A stretch of DNA of 64,000 nt from assembly GCA_045114635.1 (NCBI GenBank), contig JBGUKY010000008.1, positions 39,712 through 103,711 of the forward strand, given 5' to 3'. The DNA is from Candidatus Enterousia sp. (GTDB lineage Bacteria > Pseudomonadota > Alphaproteobacteria > Rs-D84). Shown here in pieces: positions 37,515-44,093 of the stretch. Each line of letters opens with the position of its first letter. Position 1 is the first letter of the stretch. A program made the translations under genes and the position numbers. The notes under the pieces are model-generated. The model did not search any database and was not told the origin of the DNA. It saw nothing but the letters and a program-made list of their open reading frames with translations.

Positions 37515-37538
37515 AAAAACCGCCAATACGGCGGTTTT
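37513..37538. terminator. bidirectional rho-independent terminator
   Basis: AAAAAAACCGCC-AATAC-GGCGGTTTT. It differs from the 35489 hairpin by one loop base. Confidence 0.7.
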
Positions 37539-37539
37539 A

Positions 37540-38316
37540 TTATGCGATACATTTTGTTGCAAAATCTATTATCGAACCATAAAGCACTGCAAAAAAGAAA
37601 CACACACTGCCCCCGATGACAAACAAGTGCCAAAGCGCATGTGCAAATTTCATCCTGCGCCATAAATAGAAAATAACACCAACCGAATAAGAAAGTCCGC
37701 CAGCCAAAACAAACCACATTCCACGTGCCGAGATTGTATGAATCATAGCTGGCAAAATCCAAAGTAATGCCCAACCCATAATTAAATACAAAGCAACCAT
37801 CCATTTTGGTTGTTTGCGCGGGCTGTGTATTTTCATAATAGCGCCAAATATAACGATGGCCCACATTATACCAAACATGGTCCACCCCAGCGCAGTATGA
37901 CCACATCGATTTAAATTAACTAATAAAAATGGTGTATAAGTTCCGGCAATCAATGCATATATTGCGATTGAATCCCATACTTCAAAAAAGCATTCACATC
38001 TATCACCAATTGTTGCGTGGCACATGGTAGAACCAAAATACAAAGAAAACATAGTTACACCAAATATTGAACACGCAACTGTTGCCCAAACATTATGATG
38101 AACAACAGCAAAAGCGACCAACAAACAAAGTGCAGCCATCGCCAAACCAATACCTATACCATGTGTTAAAATATTGACTGCTTCTTCAGCACGTGTAGAT
38201 GGACGTTCCCAACGGAACAAACCTGTCGCCTGCAAAACCTTTAACAATTTTGATGCGTGTTTATCTTTCTTTACAGCACGCAATTTCTGCTTTATAACCT
38301 TTTTAGTTTTAGTCAT
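37540..38316 (-). CDS. hemolysin III / PAQR-family membrane protein
   Basis: 'EEAVNILTHGIGIG' and seven TM helices. The ATG at 38316 is preceded by GGAGGG, whereas the track start at 38328 is a TTG. Confidence 0.85.
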   Translation of the reverse strand: MTKTKKVIKQKLRAVKKDKHASKLLKVLQATGLFRWERPSTRAEEAVNILTHGIGIGLAMAALCLLVAFAVVHHNVWATVACSIFGVTMFSLYFGSTMCHATIGDRCECFFEVWDSIAIYALIAGTYTPFLLVNLNRCGHTALGWTMFGIMWAIVIFGAIMKIHSPRKQPKWMVALYLIMGWALLWILPAMIHTISARGMWFVLAGGLSYSVGVIFYLWRRMKFAHALWHLFVIGGSVCFFFAVLYGSIIDFATKCIA

Positions 38317-39031
38317 TTTTCCCTCCAATACTTTTTACGTCAAATTCACAAAGTTGAACTGGTTCGATTTTTACATCAGAAAAATCACCACGCATATTTT
38401 TTATTCTTGTAATATATTCCGGTTTACCCATCATATCTTCCAAGACAAGACGTTGTGATTCATAATGTCCGCTACCAAATATCGCAAATACAGTATCATT
38501 TTTATTTAATGCAGCGGCTATATTTTCTAACATAAATCTATCACGTCCCTTACGTCCAAGATAATCACACATTTGGTTGTATATATCTCCATCTTTTTTC
38601 GATGGACCTGCCCGCAAAGCTTTATGTAATTCTTCATTTGTGATTTCTCTATCAGGAAAACCAGACTTCAAAACATCTATCATCTGATTGTCAGACAAAT
38701 CAGTAAACACCACAGGAACTTTATTTTTTGCTGCAACAGCAGACGCATAGGCAAGTGTATTATCTTGTAAACCATGCCATCCGAATTTGCGTTCATAGCC
38801 AGCGTTTTCCATTTCTGTTAACAAAATATCAGGCTTAATCCCAAAATCACCAGCAAAGCACATATCTACCATATTAAAAGATATGTTATGGCTATGAATA
38901 TCGCACATATACACCAAAGTTTTTTTATCACGCTTGAATATAGCTATAAATGCTGAATTACTTGCAAAATCTTTCGCTCTTACCGTATCTGCCCAATCAA
39001 CCAGTAAATCAAAATTTGGTTTAAAAAGCAT
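38309..39031 (-). CDS. hypothetical protein, weakly TraB/GumN-like
   Basis: 240 aa. 'GRDRFMLENIAAALNKNDTVFAIFGSGHYES' resembles the C-terminal R..M...I and G.GH motifs of TraB/GumN proteins. It overlaps the hlyIII-like start by 8 nt. Confidence 0.4.
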   Translation of the reverse strand: MLFKPNFDLLVDWADTVRAKDFASNSAFIAIFKRDKKTLVYMCDIHSHNISFNMVDMCFAGDFGIKPDILLTEMENAGYERKFGWHGLQDNTLAYASAVAAKNKVPVVFTDLSDNQMIDVLKSGFPDREITNEELHKALRAGPSKKDGDIYNQMCDYLGRKGRDRFMLENIAAALNKNDTVFAIFGSGHYESQRLVLEDMMGKPEYITRIKNMRGDFSDVKIEPVQLCEFDVKSIGGKND

Positions 39032-39054
39032 TATTCCTTCCTTTCACACATTGA

Positions 39055-40629
39055 TTATAAAATCATATTTATTCTATCAATAACGCGTTCACCACCCAAT
39101 ACTTGCATCACAGAATACAAATCTGGTGTGTTTGTACGACCGGTCATAGCGACACGCAAATTCATTGCGACTTCACCCGGTTTAACACCGCATTTTTCAG
39201 CAACAGCGACAATCTTGTTCCACCATGCGTCTTTATCATCAGCCCCATCAAATGTTGCCAAGAATTCACGCAAGACACTCGCATTGTATTCGTATTCTTT
39301 GTTGGCGTTGAACAAGAAATCCCAAAAATAAGAAACTTCGCTTAATGTTTGTTGCCATGTAATAAAGTCTTTACGGATACGTTTTGGATTATCGCGTTCA
39401 ATAGCCAACACAGACGTTAAATAATCAATATCTGCGACCTGTTTTTTATTATCTTCGCTACCATATTCATTTGCCCAATCGGCAACATTTTTAACCAGAA
39501 CATTTACTGGCAATGTGGCAATATATTCTTTGGCCCACCATTCCAACTTTTTCATATCAAACAAAGATCCCGATCCTGGTATTTTCTTTGGTTTCAATTC
39601 ATAATCCCAGAAAGATTTAACCTGACCTTTTAATTTTGCTTCTTCATAACCTGGTGCCAAAATATTACCCAAATATTCCACAACAGATTCTGTTGGCCAA
39701 CCTTCCTGCAAGAAAAATGCAATATTGTTTTCTGGATCTTTACGTTTAGACATTTTTCTTTGTTTACCGGTTTCTTCATCTATCTTATCAAGTGTTGCAG
39801 TATGAATATAACTTGGTAACTGCCAACCCATAGTGCGAAACATTTGGATATGTAATGCAACTGTTCCAAAATATTCTTCACCGCGAACAACATGTGTAAT
39901 CCGCATAAAATGATCATCACATAAATGCGCGAAATGATATGTTGGCAATCTGTCTGTAGATTTAATTAAAACAATATCTTCATTGTTTTCTGGCAAAGAT
40001 ATGGAACCACGCACAAAATCTTTGAAATAGATTCTTTTGTTTGGATCGCCCATTGAATACAAACGAATTGTTGGCGTTTCACCGTTTTCAAGATGTTTGA
40101 TTATATCTTCATCGCTTATATCACGATCACGCGCAAATTCGCCGTAAATACCGGTGGCAAGGCCAGCCACACTTTGTTTTTCACGAATTGCGTCCATTTC
40201 TTCCTGGGTCAAAAAGCAAGGATACGCAAGTCCCTTTTCCAATAAATATGCCGCAACGGAATGATAAATATCTTTTCTTTGCGATTGGTAATACGGGCCA
40301 TATTGTTCATCGTTATCATATTTAATACCAAAGTCTGCCAATGCTTTTATAACAACATTAACCGCTTCTTTAATTTCGCGTTTTGTATCTGTATCTTCTA
40401 TACGTAACAAGAAAATACCATTAGATTGTTGTGCCAATTTATAATCAATTAAAAAGCTATATAAATTTCCCAAATGCATATATCCCGTAGGACTTGGCGC
40501 AAAACGTGTAACAAAAGCACCCTCTGGCAATTGACGCAGTGGATATTTGGCTTCTAATTCTTCCAAAGTATATTTTGGTGCACCGCCCAATACGCGTGCT
40601 ATTAAATCTTTTGATAATCCGTTACGCAT
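39055..40629 (-). CDS. gltX: glutamate--tRNA ligase
   Basis: 'FAPSPTGYMHLGNLYSF' (HIGH-type) and 'KMSKRK' (KMSKS). 524 aa. Confidence 0.9.
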   Translation of the reverse strand: MRNGLSKDLIARVLGGAPKYTLEELEAKYPLRQLPEGAFVTRFAPSPTGYMHLGNLYSFLIDYKLAQQSNGIFLLRIEDTDTKREIKEAVNVVIKALADFGIKYDNDEQYGPYYQSQRKDIYHSVAAYLLEKGLAYPCFLTQEEMDAIREKQSVAGLATGIYGEFARDRDISDEDIIKHLENGETPTIRLYSMGDPNKRIYFKDFVRGSISLPENNEDIVLIKSTDRLPTYHFAHLCDDHFMRITHVVRGEEYFGTVALHIQMFRTMGWQLPSYIHTATLDKIDEETGKQRKMSKRKDPENNIAFFLQEGWPTESVVEYLGNILAPGYEEAKLKGQVKSFWDYELKPKKIPGSGSLFDMKKLEWWAKEYIATLPVNVLVKNVADWANEYGSEDNKKQVADIDYLTSVLAIERDNPKRIRKDFITWQQTLSEVSYFWDFLFNANKEYEYNASVLREFLATFDGADDKDAWWNKIVAVAEKCGVKPGEVAMNLRVAMTGRTNTPDLYSVMQVLGGERVIDRINMIL

Positions 40630-40664
40630 TTTATTTCATCCTTGTTTTTATAACAAACTGATTT

Positions 40665-40670
40665 TATACT
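40665..40670 (+). promoter_or_regulatory. -10-like TATACT 6 nt upstream of the trmB ATG
   Basis: TATACT-aaatat-ATG, with no SD sequence. Confidence 0.25.
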
Positions 40671-40676
40671 AAATAT

Positions 40677-41345
40677 ATGGAAAAACAAGAATTAAAACAT
40701 TTAAAAGCAAACGAAATAAGAACCTTTGGTCGTCGGCATGGCAAAAAATTGTCAAACCGCAAACAGTGGCTTATGGATAATTTATTGCCAGAAATTGCGC
40801 CAAACTCCAAAGATTTGGGCAAAAAAGCCTCTATTCTAGAGGTTGGGTTTGGAAACGGCGAACATTTACGCGATTTGGCACTAAACAACCCCGAAAAACT
40901 TATCGTTGGCGCTGAACCTTTCGCAAATGGTGTTGCCGCCCTGCTTTCTGCAATCACCAACGAATCGGATAACAAACTGTTGAACGAATATAAAAATATT
41001 CGCGTATGGCCTGACGATGTTCGTTTGTTGTTGAAAGATTTACAAAATATCAATTTTGATGAAATATGGGTTTTACATCCAGATCCATGGCCAAAGGCAC
41101 GACACGAAAAACGCCGCCTTTTGAACCACGATTTCTTAAACCTTTTGTCAGAACATATGTCAAAAGACAGTCGTATTATCATTGGCACTGACCATTGGGA
41201 ATATTACGATTGGATTGTTGAACAATTAAAACAAACCAAACTTGTTATAAAATCGACCGAAATAGAAACAATAAAAACCAGATACCAAATAAAAAACAAG
41301 GCTGGAACAACCAACCCAAAATATCTGATTTTATCTGTTGCTTAA
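40677..41345 (+). CDS. trmB: tRNA (guanine46-N7)-methyltransferase
   Basis: 'LEVGFGNGEHL' SAM motif and 'HPDPWPKARHEKRRL'. Confidence 0.87.
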   Translation: MEKQELKHLKANEIRTFGRRHGKKLSNRKQWLMDNLLPEIAPNSKDLGKKASILEVGFGNGEHLRDLALNNPEKLIVGAEPFANGVAALLSAITNESDNKLLNEYKNIRVWPDDVRLLLKDLQNINFDEIWVLHPDPWPKARHEKRRLLNHDFLNLLSEHMSKDSRIIIGTDHWEYYDWIVEQLKQTKLVIKSTEIETIKTRYQIKNKAGTTNPKYLILSVA

Positions 41346-42031
41346 TAATCAAGGAAAAATTTTAATCTATCTGCCAGTTCTGGACGCAAACATTCGGTCA
41401 ATCTTATGACCTGATCAATTCTGTCGAAATTATTACCAAGAATAAAATGAAGTTCCCCATCAAAATTAAAATGTTCCAACAATCCGTAAATACGTCCAAC
41501 AAAATCAGAACGATTCCCCATATCTTCATCAAGAGTAAGCACCAAGGCATCAGCACGAATATCGCGTAATTTTTGAAATATAAAAACAAGATTGTTTATA
41601 TCTAAATCTTCTGTATCCAGCGCAATACATAAATCATGTCCAAAAAACAAATCATTACGAACGATTTGTAAACTTTCTATAAACCGTTCAAAATCACGCA
41701 TTTTTATAAATATTTGAACGCCAGTGGCCCCCGTTTTACAAACATTTGTGATAAAAGCCCCTAAATTATACATATCATCTTCTATATTTTTTGATTCCGG
41801 GCAAAAATCATAACGGGTCAATATCTTTACGCCCTGTTTTTCAAGATAGGTCCAAACATTTGGAACAGTAGCAGAAGGAACAGATATCAAATGTACATCA
41901 TTATCAACTATGTTTTCGCACATCAAGGCCAATTCATTTGTATCAGCGACATCATCACACCAAAGCGCTATTCTTTTGTCCGAATCAGAAAAAATTTCAT
42001 TTATTTCAATCATTTTATTCAAGTTTATCAT
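41342..42031 (-). CDS. hypothetical protein, possibly a degenerate DeoC-like TIM barrel
   Basis: 229 aa. 'HLISVPSATVPNVWTYLEKQGVKILTRYDF' and 'CIALDTEDL' roughly parallel DeoC strands, but I see no lysine at the Schiff-base position. The ATG at 42013 is an alternative start. Confidence 0.45.
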   Translation of the reverse strand: MINLNKMIEINEIFSDSDKRIALWCDDVADTNELALMCENIVDNDVHLISVPSATVPNVWTYLEKQGVKILTRYDFCPESKNIEDDMYNLGAFITNVCKTGATGVQIFIKMRDFERFIESLQIVRNDLFFGHDLCIALDTEDLDINNLVFIFQKLRDIRADALVLTLDEDMGNRSDFVGRIYGLLEHFNFDGELHFILGNNFDRIDQVIRLTECLRPELADRLKFFLDY

Positions 42032-42037
42032 AAAATA

Positions 42038-42046
42038 TGATAGAAT
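42038..42046 (+). promoter_or_regulatory. extended -10 box (TGATAGAAT) 9 nt upstream of the cassette's first ATG
   Basis: TGATAGAAT-agaaacgaa-ATG, with no clear SD. Confidence 0.3.
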
Positions 42047-42055
42047 AGAAACGAA

Positions 42056-42925
42056 ATGAGAAACAAATTAGAACATATTTTATTGTCTGTGCTTTTGGGG
42101 CTGTCTATTTTTTTGGCTCTGTCATTTTGGTTAAATACTATTTTCAATTTTAATATGTTCTGCATGGCCCATTGGGACGAACTTGCAAGATTACAGATTT
42201 CACACACACCTATTGCCACTGGGTTTTATGTATCTTTTGCAACCGCAATACTTATCTTTTTGGTTGGCGTATATTTAATCTATCGCCCCACAACGCGCCG
42301 TATACGCATTGTAAAACAAGACCAAAATACCCTATCACCAACCAATATTATCCCAAAGAAACAAGATATTGCACCAGTCGTTGAACCTGTGTTTGATGCA
42401 CATCGTCCGCCACGTCTGAATTTACCAAAAAACATGGCACAAATCGTGGCACAAAATAATGCGAAAAAAGAACAAGAATCCGTACAAAAAAAGACCGGAC
42501 CTTCTGAAAATCCTTATACTTCTGTGATATCGGAAATATTTTCTAATGCCGGATATATTGTAAAACCTAATCCGATTATTTCTGGCTTTACACCAAATTT
42601 ATTTGCTATTGCCAAAGATGAAAATGTTTGGATTGGTGCCATAGATTGTGATTTGGATAAAATGATTAACGCAATTAACAAATTACAATCTGTATTTCAA
42701 GATACTTTGGAAGACATTCCAATTTATATACACGCTTTCATTTTAGACACAATGAATAAATATGATTCTGAAAATTCTTCTGTCTTGATTTTCAAATCAA
42801 TTGATGAATTGAAATCATTCGTTGATAAAAATCCTGCGGGACAAGTCGATGAAGAAGAACAAAGCAGTTTTGATTCATATTCTGAATATATTGATACAAT
42901 AATACAATATATTAAAAACATATAA
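42056..42925 (+). CDS. hypothetical membrane protein with a soluble C-terminal domain
   Basis: Two or three N-terminal TM helices and a low-complexity linker. The C-terminal domain 'EIFSNAGYIVKPNPIISGFTPNLFAIAKDENVWIGAID' has a restriction-endonuclease-fold-like layout, but an E-x-K motif is not evident. Confidence 0.5.
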   Translation: MRNKLEHILLSVLLGLSIFLALSFWLNTIFNFNMFCMAHWDELARLQISHTPIATGFYVSFATAILIFLVGVYLIYRPTTRRIRIVKQDQNTLSPTNIIPKKQDIAPVVEPVFDAHRPPRLNLPKNMAQIVAQNNAKKEQESVQKKTGPSENPYTSVISEIFSNAGYIVKPNPIISGFTPNLFAIAKDENVWIGAIDCDLDKMINAINKLQSVFQDTLEDIPIYIHAFILDTMNKYDSENSSVLIFKSIDELKSFVDKNPAGQVDEEEQSSFDSYSEYIDTIIQYIKNI

Positions 42926-42936
42926 AGGAACCATGA

Positions 42937-43443
42937 ATGCAATTAAATGAACATTCTGCACTAGAAAAACTTGGTATGCTTGGTATGGATGATATACCTG
43001 TAATTGCTTACACACCGCAAAAATGTTCTTTGGGCAACGATTGGTTTAAAAAGTATTCTGTGTTGCGTCGTGAATTTTTATCATCTTTGACTGATTCTAT
43101 TGAAGAAATCGCTTTTATGAATTTACCCCAAGAAGATTTTATAAATTTAATAATGGGCAAATCTTTACCAGATAATCTTTCAATACGATTCCGAATACCT
43201 TTGCTTTGGGGCGGTGATTTGGACATATCAAATATGTTCTTGTGTTGGACATTTCCGCATTCTTACAATATGGATCGTTTTATCATAGACCAAAGCGATG
43301 CCAGAATAATATATTTACCAAACCCTGAAAAAAAGGTTTACGTCACATCTCATACTGGTGGTGGCGGAGATGGCGGAAACGCAACTTCAGACAGACTAAG
43401 TCAAATTGCTTTCAATGCTATGGCTGCACGGGGAAATGAATAA
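42937..43443 (+). CDS. hypothetical protein with an HNH-like (beta-beta-alpha-Me) string
   Basis: 168 aa. 'RFRIPLLWGGDLDISNMFLCWTFPH' parallels the HNH consensus H-IP...GG.....N...LC...H, with the first His replaced by Phe. The tail is Gly-rich ('GGGGDGGN'). Confidence 0.4.
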   Translation: MQLNEHSALEKLGMLGMDDIPVIAYTPQKCSLGNDWFKKYSVLRREFLSSLTDSIEEIAFMNLPQEDFINLIMGKSLPDNLSIRFRIPLLWGGDLDISNMFLCWTFPHSYNMDRFIIDQSDARIIYLPNPEKKVYVTSHTGGGGDGGNATSDRLSQIAFNAMAARGNE

Positions 43444-43444
43444 A

Positions 43445-43879
43445 ATGAAAAAAGAAGAATTTTTATCTTTGATAAAATCACGCGGTGCCAAAATTTTTAC
43501 ACCTGGTACTTTGACTAATATAAGTATCGCGAATACAAATCTTCAAAATATGCGTGCCGCAATGATCCCTGCTTTTCTACAAGATTTTTATACTTCGTCT
43601 TTTGGTATAGTTTTGGGATCTGCATGTATATTTGGTCCACAAGAAATTGAACGTGGAACAAAATATCCATTACCAGACATTGCAAAAATCAATAAAGATA
43701 TGGTTGGAAATAAAAACCTGTTTGGAAAAACGGTTTTTGGACGAAATGACTTATTTTGGTTTGCGTTCGACGCCTCAGGCACATGTTTTATGTTGGATAA
43801 TTTAACACTATCTGTATTACGTAAATATGATGATCCCTATCGCGCAATGCTTGATTGTTTAATTGTTGGGAAAATATAA
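43445..43879 (+). CDS. hypothetical protein, SMI1/KNR4 (SUKH)-like
   Basis: About 144 aa. 'IPAFLQDFYTSSFG' and 'FGRNDLFWFAFDASGTCFMLDN' resemble the two conserved SUKH segments. It starts 1 nt after the upstream stop; the ATG at 43436 is an alternative. Confidence 0.4.
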   Translation: MKKEEFLSLIKSRGAKIFTPGTLTNISIANTNLQNMRAAMIPAFLQDFYTSSFGIVLGSACIFGPQEIERGTKYPLPDIAKINKDMVGNKNLFGKTVFGRNDLFWFAFDASGTCFMLDNLTLSVLRKYDDPYRAMLDCLIVGKI

Positions 43880-43880
43880 A

Positions 43881-44093
43881 ATGCATAAAATATCAGTATC
43901 TTTATCTGGTCATCAAACAAGCATCTCTTTGGAACAAGAGTTTTTTGATGTACTTCAACACATTGCTAAATTACGCAATATATCTGTTGCTTCCATTATA
44001 AAAAGCATCGATGAAAATCGCGATCCAGAATCTAATCTTTCTTCTGAAATAAGGATATGGATATTAAAACAAATATTGAAAACATCAAAATAA
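43881..44093 (+). CDS. ribbon-helix-helix protein (COG4321 / RHH_4 type)
   Basis: 'ISVSLSGHQTSISLEQEFFDVLQHIAKLRNISVASIIKSID...NLSSEIRIWIL' closely follows the conserved alphaproteobacterial RHH_4 pattern. Confidence 0.75.
   Translation: MHKISVSLSGHQTSISLEQEFFDVLQHIAKLRNISVASIIKSIDENRDPESNLSSEIRIWILKQILKTSK

Noticed and set aside
40664-41188. A 174-aa minus-strand ORF antisense to trmB. Similar long antisense ORFs occur at 26557-27021, 27994-28479, 31179-31631, 57014-57520, 58250-58747 and 7636-8064.
   Set aside because: Each lies entirely within a strongly supported gene on the other strand. They have odd composition (Cys/Phe/Ser/Ile-rich), no motifs and no translation signals.
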